A stretch of DNA of 64,000 bases. It comes from Glaucostegus cemiculus. Lineage: Eukaryota. The stretch is taken from contig CDPCPM010000014.1 of NCBI GenBank assembly GCA_976551045.1, positions 7,998,001-8,062,000 of the forward strand. The letters run 5' to 3'. Every line of letters begins with the position of its first letter. Position 1 is the first letter of the stretch. Positions 26,151-38,700 of the stretch are shown in pieces. A model generated the notes under the pieces. It was not told where the DNA came from, did not search any database, and worked only from the letters and a program-made list of their open reading frames with translations. The position numbers were made by a program, and so were the translations under genes.

Positions 26151-28419
26151 TTAATAGATCAAAGGAAGTGAATTAGGACCATCCCCTCACCCAACCCCAC
26201 CAACAACTGATAATCATCTTCCAATAGCTAACCCCAGGACCACAAACAGGAGAATAATCTGCGAGCCGCTTTCCTGTTGTTTTTGGTCATATTTCTTTCA
26301 GTGATAGAAATGGCCCTCTGAGTAAAGGGGTCTTGGTTGTCAGATGCCGCAAAATTACACAATCGTTTCAGAAAAAATTCTTTTGCAGGCACACCATTTT
26401 CATATTGGCACCACTACTACGCTAAATTACAAAGCCACAGATCTTGAATCATAAGTGTGGCACAACAGGGTCTGTTCATGCACTGTGCTATCATCCTGTG
26501 GTGGTGTGGGACAGGACCAGCTCCTTTAGTGGGTATGTCAAGTGGCAGCAAATTAAAAAAAGTAATTGCCACTGTGTTCAGCTCCATCTGAATTGACACA
26601 GTGGTCGGCAGCCAATAATTCCACTCTGGAGACAGTCTAGTAATGGCAGAATGCCACGCTTCACAAATTATTTTACTAAAGCATGTGTTTCTGTCCTTAA
26701 TGATGTTGGGGAGATGAACAGACTTTTCCTCTGCAAGTTTAGAAGTATCTTTTGGAATTACTGGGTAGGCGTGAATTGGGAGGGAAATGAGGGGATGTCC
26801 CTTTAAATTTCCTGCACTATGTGTAGCAATTCCAACCGTGCATATGACAAAAAGTAAAGGCAGTTGTTGATTTGTTTGAGCATTCATACAATGGTACTGA
26901 TCTTCAACTTTTGTCTGGTATTCACCATGCCTGCACTATTCATAATTACTTGTTCAAGTGTGAGTAACATTGATTCAACTGGTTCTGGAAATCTACCTCT
27001 ATACTTTATTGGCCCCTTCAACACAATGCACTTAATAATCAGAAAGAAGCTGAATCACTTTCTCTTCAATCAAATAGATATACACTTATGCATTGGGAAT
27101 GTAAAGTGAGAACAAAAGTGGTGCCTATTGTTTGCAGATGATCTAGCTGTTCTTTCAGAAATTGGTGGCATATTATTTGAATTACACATCTTAAGGAGAG
27201 TGTGATTGTTAAACAGGTTTTTGTGAAGCTGGAAGTTTAAATAGAACACTTGCCATTTGGTACCATTTTATTCTCAAGTTGCTTCAGTTCCTTACTCGTG
27301 TGCTACTGCTGAGTATACTGAAACTGGGACATCTTTTATTTTATATCTCTGTGTAAACCACATGCTTTTCCGATGAATCACATAATTGAAGTTGAAGTTC
27401 AACAGTGCTATTGTCATCATTTCCCTGTAAATACTGGGAATCAGAAAAATTACAAAATTGCATTATATTCCCATGGTTCAGAGAATGAATGGTCATGAGA
27501 AAAATTTTAGAAAACACTGATATTTTTTGTTTATTCTTTGCACAGATTTTTAGTTTGTGAAGGAACTAGTCCATATTTGTCTTTGACAAGTGTTCCTTGG
27601 GTTTCTACCTCTGAGAACAAAGCTACACAATGAATCAAAATTGCCAATGTGTGTGCATGTTTTGTTTTCAGTGTTCTTTGTGGCTGTACTTCTGTTCTTA
27701 GTTTTCTTCCAGATTGGTTGTATTTAAGTCCCTGCTTTCTCCATTTATATTGCTCATTTCCTCCACTTACACACTGCAGAAAACTCGCTCTTTCTAAATT
27801 ACTTGTTTTCTTGCAATTGCACACAACCAAAAATATTCACATTACAGCAGAACACATTTTTCAGAGAGAGTACAACAGCAGGATCATCACCATCAAATGC
27901 AGCACAGAATAAACACATGAGAAAAGAAAATCAGCAGCAATAAAATATTACACTTGTTCCAACAGCACGGTGCACTGCACAGGAACCCTGAAAGTGCTAT
28001 GCATTCCTAACCTGTGCTGCTTTTTACTGTACCCTAGCCAGTAGAATTCCCATGGTTAGAAGAGTCCAACAAAATGCATGAGCTCAGGATTCTGGTTCTG
28101 GTGTAAAAACACTGCAATTTCAATAAGTTGATATATAGTCCTCCTTCTTGCACAGTCAGATCGTTGGTCAGCTGTTTATTCTCCTGAATAGGTCTTTATC
28201 TGTCCAGGATACTAGCTTTGAAATTTCTCCATAAACCTCACCACTTCTGTAATTCTCTCTTTCTTTCAAGGTGCTCCATAAAACTTACCTCTTTAACCAA
28301 ACATCGGCCTTAATTTTTTCCTTTGTGGCTCATATTGAATTTTGTGATAATGCTTCTGTGATGTGCTTTGGGCAGTTATAGTATGATGGTGATTGTAGAG
28401 GGTTATCTATATGATTACT

Positions 28420-31400
28420 CTTCCTGTCCTTCCATTGATTGGCTTTTGATTGCTGTTCTGTTGTTGCCTGTTCTCTGATTGTTGTTGCTTCACCCTGCCC
28501 TCCAGTTGGTGCTCCATTTACTGATCTCTGATGCTTGCTCATTTAGTCAATTGCCTGTTCTAGGAGCACTGTCTGCAATCTGCTTTTTATTCCCTTGCCC
28601 AAGACTCTGCTTTGTGCTCCCTTCCATCCTATTTTTCCATGGCTCACTCTTCTGACTGCTGTTTCATTGCCTCCCCTCCCTGACTCTTGTTCAACTGCTT
28701 GTTCTCTGGACATTGTCTCGTCAGCTCTGAAGCATACTCTGTTGCTTCAACACTGTCTGTTACATTGATTCTCTCTATTTGTTGCTGCATTGCTCAATGT
28801 CTCTGAATATTTCCACACTGCAATTTTTCCTCTCATATTTACTAACATGCACACTCTTGGCATGCTGTGTGGTTACTTGCTCTTTTGTTGGTTCTTTTAA
28901 TTGATTGTTGCTCTGTTACCCATTCTTTGATTGTTCGTTTGATGTTCACTCACATAATTGTTGCTCTGTCTTCTCATGTTATGCCTTTTCCTGATTTCTG
29001 ATAATTGATCCAGTCAGTCCTTTCTTTGCTTGTTGTTCCACTACCCTCCACCACTGATTATTGCTTCATTACTAGCTATATCTCACTGTTGCTACATTGT
29101 ACACTCATTCTAATTGTTACTATTTTGCTGGCTGTTTAGACTTGTTTCTTTGCCCATTTGTTGCCTGTTTTTCAAACGTTGCTTCATTGAGAACTCTCTC
29201 ATTGTTCTTTTGCCTGATGCCTCTGATTACTGCTCCACTGTATACTCTGTCATTGTTGTTCCATTACTCACTCTGTTATCTTGCTGCATTCGTTGATGTC
29301 TTCATTATTGTCCCTTCTTTCTGATTTGTTGATTGTACGTTCTCTCCTATTTATTGATGGACTCAATCTCATTATTGGTTTCATTGTCCAGTCAGTCTGA
29401 CTGTTGCATCACCACAATGCTTCCTGTTTCTAATTCTATTCCATATTCTCCCTGATTGTTGCTATCTTTCAGATTCCTTTTACTTTGCATAGTACCTCTA
29501 TTTATTCCTTTGCCTCTTTTCTCTCCTTGTTTCTTCATTATCCTCTATTTGATTGTCGCTTCACTGTCCACTCTCTGAAGGTGCATTTCTCACTCTGATT
29601 GCTGTAATGTCTGCTGTAACATTGCTGAGCCACCCTTAATGTTGCTCCAGTGACTGAATGCTCAGAAGTGTTGTTCAGTTGTCCATACCCCTATTGTTCA
29701 GCCTCCCTAATTGTTCCTCCAATATCTATGCTGTTTGTCATTTGCTGTATTAATATCTCTCCTTGATTGCTATTGTATGAACCACTCTCTGTTTAATTGT
29801 TCATGCCCTCTCTAATTTTAGTTACATTGCTTGTTCTTTCTCAGTGTTACTCTGTTGCCCTATGTTCTTGTTTTTGCTCTGTAGTCCATACCCTCTCATT
29901 GCTGATCATAATGGCACTTTGGTTGTTGGGCTGTTACTCATTCACAGATCTTGTTCTAATATTGCTACCTGACTTTACATTTCAAGTTCATAAGTCCTTA
30001 TTCACTGCATTCCTTCTCTGATAGTTTCTCCACTAACATCTCTTAATGTTGAATTGATTAACAGTCCCTTCATTTATTGGTTTATTCCTTCTGCTCTAGC
30101 TGATGATCCATTGCCTGTATTCTGACAGTTGATCCATTGCTACTGCTCATTGACTGTTGCACTATTGCTTGCTTTCTAGGACTGTTGCTCTATGGCAGGC
30201 TCACTGATTTCTGCTCCATTGCCTGGTCTCTGATGTCACTCTGTTTCTGTTATCTGGTTTTGGTTCCATTGTCCCCTGACTGATTGTTGCCCAGTTGTCT
30301 GCTTTCCATTTGTTGCTATTTTTCTCAATCCTCGTTTGTTATTTCATCGCTGCTTTTGGATTATGTTCTCTTTCTCAGTCATACTTGTTCACTGATTGTT
30401 TTGCTAAGGCATGTTCACTGGTTGTTACCACATTGCTTGTTCACTGGTTGTTGCTCCACTGTATGTCCATTGCCTTCTAACCAATTGTTGCTCTGCTGTC
30501 TGCTTTCTGATTGATATTATTTTTCTAGCTATCTGATTGTCATTTGTTTGCACACTCCTTCTTTGCAGTTCTTTCTTTCATTCTCACTGATTTTTGCTTC
30601 AGTGCCTGCTGTCTGTGTCACTGCATCACACACCATCATTGATTACTGCTGTGCTGTTATGTTCTGTCTCAGTGTTACTTATCTACCTGGAAAATAGGGT
30701 TATTGTCCCACTGTGCACTTTGTCACCCTCTCACCAATTGTTTTGCCACTTCCTATGCTGAGTAATTGTTGCTGTGTTACTGACACTGAATGATTTTTGT
30801 TTGTTGCCATTCTCTGTTGTCCCTCTGATATCTGATACCTGCTCTGATTGTTGCTCTGCTGCCTGGTCTCTGATTGTCACTTGAGATCTGTTCTCTGATT
30901 GTTACTCTGTAGCCTTGTCTCCAATTGTAGCCTTGTCTGATTGTTACTCTGAAGCCTGCTCTCTGATTGTGGCTCTGTTGCCTGTTCTATGATTGTCACT
31001 GTGAAGTCTGTTTTCTGTTTGCTATTCCATAGACTGCTGTCTGATTCATTACTCTGAAGCTGTTCTGATTGTTGTTCCATTTTCTATACTTCCATTGTTC
31101 TTCTGAAATTTGCCCTCTATTTTTTAAATTGTTGCTGCTGTGTGCACTCAGTTTAATGCTCTGAAACCTGCTTTCTACTTGTTCTTCCATTGCCTGTACT
31201 CTGATTCTAGCTCTGAACCCTGCTGTTTACTGTTCCACTGTTTGCACTTTTATTATTACACGGGAACCTGCTCTCTCATAGTTTCTCTGAAATCTACTGG
31301 TTGATTATTTCATTAGAACATAGAACATTACAGCAAAGTACAGGCCCTTCAGCTCTTGATATTGTGCCGACATTTTATCCTGCTCTAAGATCTACCTAAC

Positions 31401-34400
31401 CCTTCCCTCCCACATTGCCCTCCATTTTTCTATCATTCATGTGGCTATCTAAATGTCTCTTAAATGACTCTAATGTAACTGCCTCCACCACCTCCATCTG
31501 CAGTGCGTTCCACACACCCACACACCAACAAACTTACCTCTGACATCCTCCCTGTAACTTCCTCCAATCACCTTAAAATTATTCCCCCTCATGTTAGCCA
31601 TTTTCACCCTGGGAAAAAGTCGCTGACTGTCCACTCAATTTATTCCTCTTATCATCTTGTACACCTCTATAAAGTCACCTCTCATCCTCCTTCGCTGCAA
31701 AGAGAAAAGCCCTAGCTCACTCAACCTATCCTCATAAGACATGCTCTCCAATCCAGGCAGCATCCTGGTAAATCTCCTCTGCACCCTCTCTAAGGCTTCT
31801 ACATCCTTCCTATAATGAGGCGACCAGAACTGAGCACAATACTCCAAGTGTAGTCTAACCAGAGTTCTATAGAGCTGTGACATTACCTCGTGGCTCTTGA
31901 AGTCAATACCCCGACTAATGAAGGCCAACACACCGTACGCCTTCTTAACAACCCTATCGACCTGTGCAGCAACCTTGAGGGATTTATGGATGTGGACCCC
32001 AAGATCCCTCTGTTCCTCCACACTGCTAAGAGTCCTGCCATTAACCTTGTAACCTTGTAATTCTTCCTTCAAATTTGATCTTCCAAAGTGTATCACTTCA
32101 CACTTTTCTGAGTTGAATTCCATCTGCCACTTACCATTCCAGCTCTGTATCCTATCAATGTCCTGTTGTAACCTACAGCAACCTTCTACACTATCCACAA
32201 CACCACCAACCTTACTGTCATCAGCAAACTTACTAACCCACCCTTCCACATCCTCATACAAGTCATTTATAAAAATCACAAAGAGCAGGGGTCTCAGAAC
32301 AGATCCCTGCTTAACACCACTGGTCACTGACCTCCAGTCAGAATACGCTCCATCTACCACCACCCCCTGTCTTCTATGGGCGAGCTAATTTTGAATCCAC
32401 ACAGCCAAGTTTCCCTGGATCCCATGTCTCCTGACTTTCTAAATGAGTCTTCCATGAGGAACCTTATCAAATGCCTTTCTAAAATCTGTGTATACCACAA
32501 CCACTGCTCTACTTTCATCAATGTGCTTTGTCACATCCTCAAAGAGTCTACACTTTGAGTCTCCTCAAATTGTCTACACTTCCATTGTCACTTTGAAAGC
32601 TACACTCTGATTGTTGCTCTATTGTCCGTTGACTGTTGTGTTGAAGCCCTTGCACTCGTTATGGCCCTGATGCCTGCTCTCTGATTGTTGTTCCATTGGC
32701 TGCTCTGATTATTGCTCCATTGCCAGCTGTCTGATTATTGTGTGACTGTCTGCTCTGATTGTTGTTTATTGCCTGCTCTCTCATTGTTCCATCATCCACT
32801 CTCTGATTATTGTTCCGGTGCCTGCTCTAAGTGTTGCTCCAATGCCTGCTCTCTGATGGTTGGTCTATTATCTGTCTTCTCATTGTTTTTGCTTCGCTTG
32901 CTCTGATCCTTGTTCGGCTGCCTGCTCTCTAGTTGTTACTCTGAATTTGCTCTCTGTTTATTGCTCTGAAACCTGCTTAGGTTGTTGACCCATTTTCTGC
33001 ACTCTCAGTATTGCACTGAAATCTGCTCTTCAAGTGTTCGATTTTCTGTTCTCTGATTGTTGCTTTGAAATCTGCTCTCACAATTTTGTCCTTGTGCCTG
33101 CTTTCTGATTGTTGCCCTGTTACCCACTCTGATTGTTGCACAATCATTCACTCACAGATTGCTACTTCAGTGCCTGTTGTCTCTGCTTGTGCTCTATTAG
33201 CTGTTCTCTTTGTTTCTTGCTCTAATCCTTGCTGTCTAATGCCATTCCATTTTCTGCCTTCTAATTATTGCTACAATGCTACTTTCTGGTTGTTCTCCAC
33301 ATCCTCCTCACTAGTTGTGTACACTTGCTGGTTTTTGCTGTTTTCATTGATTATGTTCTTTGCCTGCTTCTGGTTCTTCGAAGTATTCAACAAAATATTG
33401 CCCAGATTAGTTCCTCTCTGCCCAGTCTAATTCTGACTCTATTGCCTACTTTGAATATCATTCCATTACACTCTGTCTATTGTTCTATTGCCCACGTTGG
33501 TACTCTTCCAGTTACCTATCCTCTTTTATTCTTCTTCCATTGCCTGCACTCTGTTGTTCCACTGCCTGCTCTCTCTCTCTCTCTCTCTCTGACTCTTGCA
33601 CCGCTATCATCTATTTGATTGTTCCTGTGTTGTTATTCTCTGATTGATGTTCTTCTACTGATTTCCAGGTTTTTAGCTTGTGCCTGCTCTTTCCACTTGT
33701 TATTTCATTTCCAGATAATGGACTCCAGTTCTCTGATTCCATTACCCATTCTCAAATTATTTTCTCATTGCCTATATCCATATTGACACTATATTACCTG
33801 CTTTTATAATATTGATCCATTTCCTGTTCTCATATTGTTTGGGCCATCACCTACTTTCTTGTTTCTGTGTTTCCTGCTCTGATATTGTTTAAGTCTATTG
33901 CCTGCTCTTTGTTTCCATTGTCTGTTATCTTATTGTTACACCGTTGTCCGCCCTCTGATTGTTATTCAAGTACTAGTTTCACCGATTTCTCACTCCGTTG
34001 CCCATACTTTCTGATTGTTGTCTTAAAGATAATTTGCTGATTGTTGCTCCATGGCACTTGGTTTTTATTGTTCCAAGGGTGCTGTGGCTAACTGTTGTTC
34101 CATTGGCCACTTCTGATAGCTGTTCCAATGCTGGCCTTGCTGAATGTTGCTTTATTGCCTTTGCTTTCTTACTGTAGCCCCATTGTTGTCTATTTATTAC
34201 TTGAGCACCTACTAATTGTTACCTTGTGGCATACTCTCTCAATTTTATTCCATTGTTCACTTCCCAATTCTAATTTATGGAATCAAAATCATTATGGTAC
34301 CAATGGCTCATCAAACTCATGTTGGTAATGTTCTCTCTGACTGCTCCTGGATTAGGCATTCTCTCTGATTCTGCTTGTAATAACTATGTAAAAATAGCTG

Positions 34401-35740
34401 GTAAATGGTACTTTCGTCACTTGTGCAAAGAATTCAGTTGAATTGATTCCTTATCATAGGGGTGACTTGAGGACATGGCAGTTGTCATTGTCTTCGGTTG
34501 CTTGCACCGTTGCCTGTTCTCTAAGAATCACACCATTGCCTAGTGTCCACTGATAGTGCTGTGTTCTGTTCTGTAGTTCTCCCTTGGCATTCTCTGATAT
34601 TGTTGCCTTTCACTTGATTATTGTACCCTTGCCCATTTTCTGCTGGTTGCACCATTTTCTGTTCTCTGATGATTGCCCCATTAACCATTCTCTGATTGTT
34701 TCACCATTGCCTGATTGTTGTATCACTATCTGTTTTCTGCTCTCAGATGGCCACAACACTGCTTGTTCTCTGATTGTTGTCTGGTCTTCAGATTTTACTG
34801 TAACTGCTGTTTCTAAATCACATTGTTTTGTTCACTCTCCGATGATTGCTAAATTGCCCTTTGTCTGTGACTGTTGCTCTATTCCCTACACTGTTTTTTG
34901 CTCTTTCCCCTGCTCTCTGATTGTTGTTCTGTGCCTGCATTTTGAATCTTAATCCATTGCCTGCTGTCTCAGATTGTTGCTGCAATGCATGTCCCTTGAT
35001 TGTTCAGTTTTTAGTCTCTGATGTTTGCTAAGTTGTTGGCCTTTCCTGTTATTTCACTGCATTTTTTTTGTTTCCTCTTTTCCAATTTGTTTCTTTTTGC
35101 CTGCTCTTCAACTGGTGCTCTTTAACTTGGATTCTATTTGTTGCTTTATTTTCTTCTCTCTAATTTTTCCTTCTTTGTACATGCTCTTTGTTCTGTTTCC
35201 CTCTTCCATTGATTATTGTACTGTTGCCTGTTCTCTAGTTGTTTGTTTTCTGATTGTTGTGTATCTCTCATTCGTTGATAGGTGTTTGTATTAGCCACTC
35301 CTCAACTGCTGCACATGGTTCATCCTCTGAATTTCCTAAGTTGTTCAATCAGTCTGATCATTGCTGTTTCCATTCTCTATCTAATGTTAGTTTATTACCT
35401 GTCACTCTTTTGCCCACTCTCCCTAATTAATGCTCCTTCCCACACAGACTCTAATTATTAATGTGTTGTCCTGTCTGTCAGACTGTGCTTTTGATTTGTT
35501 AATCTTTTGCTCATGCTCCTATATGTTGAGCCTTTACCCACAATCTGATTGGTCATCAGTTACACACTCTCCCTGATAGTTGATCCTTTTACCATTCTCT
35601 GCTTGGTGACCAGTTGCTTGGTCTCTGATTGTTGATGCTTTTCCCATTATCTAGTGATCTTTGACTATTGTTCCATTCTTCCCTCTCATGTGCTGTTTCT
35701 CCATCAGCTATGCACTTCATTGCATTAGTCTTCTACTCTC
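28420..35740 (+). repeat. ~7-kb degenerate satellite, unit ~24-26 bp (CTCTGATTGTTGCTCYRTTGCCTGCT), interrupted by a CR1
   Basis: Recurrent CTCTGATTGTT / TTGCCTGCT motifs throughout, best preserved at ~30840-31250 and ~32600-33150; plus strand is strongly T/C-rich and A-poor. Confidence 0.85.
31314..32545 (-). mobile_element. 5'-truncated CR1/HER1-type LINE with a relatively intact RT fragment
   Basis: ORF 31635-32363 (242 aa): SGVKQGSVLRPLLFVIFINDL...SKFADD...RLHLEYCAQFWSPHYRKD; 3' end ..AATGTTCTATGTTCTA at 31314. Confidence 0.95.
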
Positions 35741-38700
35741 TTGGACTGTTCCTTTGGACCACAGAAGGCATAATGAAAAAAAGAAAGCAAAAAGGTACAT
35801 ATATTTTAGGATAAAGCAGAATAAGTGGAGCATAAAATAGGAGTGTGAAATCCAGTTGAAAAGATAAAATTGACGAGTGACAAACAGTGAGAGTGAAAAA
35901 GTATACAGAAGAAAAGGAGAAACTATGGGAATTTTGAGTGAAATGTGGGTCTTTGCAACTGTGGATCTGCTTCAGAACACTCAGAAATATAGTAAGCATT
36001 AGGGCCTGGATTTTCAATGGAAAAATGCAGCTTTCTTTATTTTATGTGAAGGTTGGAAGCCAGCAGAGAAATGAAAGCTGTTGTGCATCACTTTATTTAC
36101 TATGAGAAAGAAAGGAAAGGTGTGCAACAGAGAAATAGACGAATTCTTCAAGTTTTTGTTGCACTCAATTGCACTTAAGTTTCGGAGAAAAAGAGAAATA
36201 ACAAAACTTTGTGAAAGGAAGTGAGTGACAGGATGATGAGATCGTGGGAGCAAGAACCCACTTCCTGCCCATCTCACTTTTGAGCACTGTGGATCAGATC
36301 ACCTGAGCTGGTACCCTTTGGGGCAAAGGATGGGCAATAATGCAAAGAGAAAACTAATTCCTTGTGATTGGCCTCTCATATCCAAATGGATTAAAGTACC
36401 ATGTTGACAGTAGACCTTGTTAATTAGATTTGGAGAAGACCAGGGTCTGGCAGTATGATCACCTTCTGAGCCATAACAGTTCTATGATTCTGTAACTATG
36501 TGGAGCCAATCTGCACTGCTGTGCTAATTCTTCAGTATTAGCTGTGATGGAATGTGGCAGATTGTTGAAGATCCTTTCCTTGCTGAGCTCTGGAGCAGTC
36601 TAAACACCAAACCTTACAAATGCAGAGGCAGCTGCTCGGCTTCACTAATGTGTATTTGTGCAATAAGTAATAAAACTTGGAAAATAACCATGGAAACAAA
36701 GAGTATTATAAAAGTATTATAAAAATTACATGAAATGTGTAGAGAAACCAGATGTCAAGGAAAATAAGTTGAAAATACCAAGGAGCAATAGAAATTGGAA
36801 AGAAAAACAAAACCACAGAATGTAGCAATCAGGAATGTATTCCATGAATTATGGAGAAATATATAAGTGAATGAGGAAAAATAGAGGAATAACTTTTCAA
36901 TAATGATACCTCAAACACCCAATACCAGACAATTAGTTTAAAAAAGTGTTCCACAGCACATGCTAAGCTGTTGCAGTGATAGTAGTAGATGGCATGATCT
37001 GTGATCGGTCAGCATATTCAGGCAGACTCTTGATGGAGGAAACACCATCTAAAAACAGATGAGTTATTCCTTGAATTAGGTGCGATCTAAGCCTTAGCTT
37101 CAGTAAAGAACAAGTTAATGAAAGAGACACTGGACAGTTCAACATCCATCACCAGAGTTCAGCTCCTTTCCTTAAGGAGGAGGACAGTCTCATTAGCTCC
37201 AACAAAATTTGACTGATGTTGGTAATGACAATGCTGATAATGACATTTTGATAATAGCTCTGCTTTACTGGACTGGATTAAATGATAAAACATTTAGTTA
37301 CTTTTTGGCTGTATTTTGCTAACAATCATTTGAAAATAACAGTTGGAAAAGCCGTCAACACTAGTTTCAGCAGTACTTCATTAATCTGTACAGACAGATA
37401 TACAGTAGAGAGAAGGGGAAATGGGGGGAAATTATGAGGTCTGTGAATTGATAGAATTCTACATAACAAGACCTTGTAAAATCCAGTTTGTAGATGGAGT
37501 GAAGAGCCTTGTGACTCAGTGTTTAACATAGGATCACATAGAAGGATTTCACTGCAGTTTATTGTATATAGTCTTCTATATTTGTGTCCTGATTCCATTG
37601 TATGCAACAAATGCTATGATGTTAGCATTTGAGATTATTGACCCTATGATGTGTTTTGACATAAATACATCTATGTGACTATTGACCACACAATGGGATA
37701 AGAGCAGGGGAATTACAAGCAATAATCTAATCAAGGGATCAGAGGGCATTCATAAACAACAAGAGTGAAGTGAGACCAGTTCAGGAACATAATCTGCACC
37801 TGCAGATTGGATTATAGTTTTGACCTGTCATGCATTGATGTTTCTGTCTTGTATCTTTACTGAAATTTTAAAGTAGGTACAGTGAGATTGCTTATGGTTT
37901 GTACTGTATGACTGTATGTTCTGGGGTAGGAGAAAAGGCAAGACTTTAACATCCACTTGGAATCCTCTGCCTTGGAGCCTTATAAAAGTTTGTGTCCTAT
38001 ATTTATTTATTGTAATGTTTTCCCAGTCCATACTCACAAGATAAGGGATGAATTAAATTCAGAAAAGCAGGTGAAGGGTCATCACCAAGGTTGAAAAAGA
38101 ATAGAAGAAAAGATGAAGGATCCCAAGAGACAGTGATTAGGAAATTGTAAGAGTGGGTTTGAAAAATTATAAAGACTGGACTGTGACTTACTTAAAAAGC
38201 CCACAATCACTCTGAATCCACAAGATTGCTGATGGGTGCATGGTGTAAAATTTTACCGGAACATTAAACAATTTGCAGAGATCAGTTGTTGCTTGCTCAG
38301 TGTTGGTAACACCACTTGGAAACATTAGCACTGGGTGTGGGTGATTTCAAAAGGCAAGATATTTACGTAAGAAAAATTAAGTAGATTGCATAGATATTTA
38401 TTTTTTTCCTTTGTTACCCAGGTCACTTCTGAGGGCAGGGAATTTTTGGTTAGTCAGCTAATAGGAAGTAACTTTTGGCCACAGTACAGTAGCAATCACT
38501 GCTGAATGTTGTATCATTTAAAATGCAGCTAGATGTAATAAGTGGAGCCATGTTCAGCGAGTGGAGTGGTAGTATCTTGTTCAGCCTTTTCATCTGAATT
38601 GAAAGAGCTTTGAAAAATATCGATATATACAGCATGCTTGCTGAGTTTTCATCAGGAGCATTCCAAGGCAAAATAATGGACAGCCCAGATTTCTACTCTG

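Noticed and set aside
31635-32363. Functional or domesticated reverse transcriptase
   Set aside because: 5'-truncated CR1 copy with substitutions in conserved motifs (GVKQGSVLRP), a small duplication and a premature end.
29097-35294. Many Leu/Cys-rich ORFs resembling membrane or cysteine-rich proteins
   Set aside because: By-products of the A-poor satellite, which has few stop codons.
36970-37075. Possible exon after ttgcag
   Set aside because: No Pax similarity; the frame closes with TGA and no convincing donor is present.
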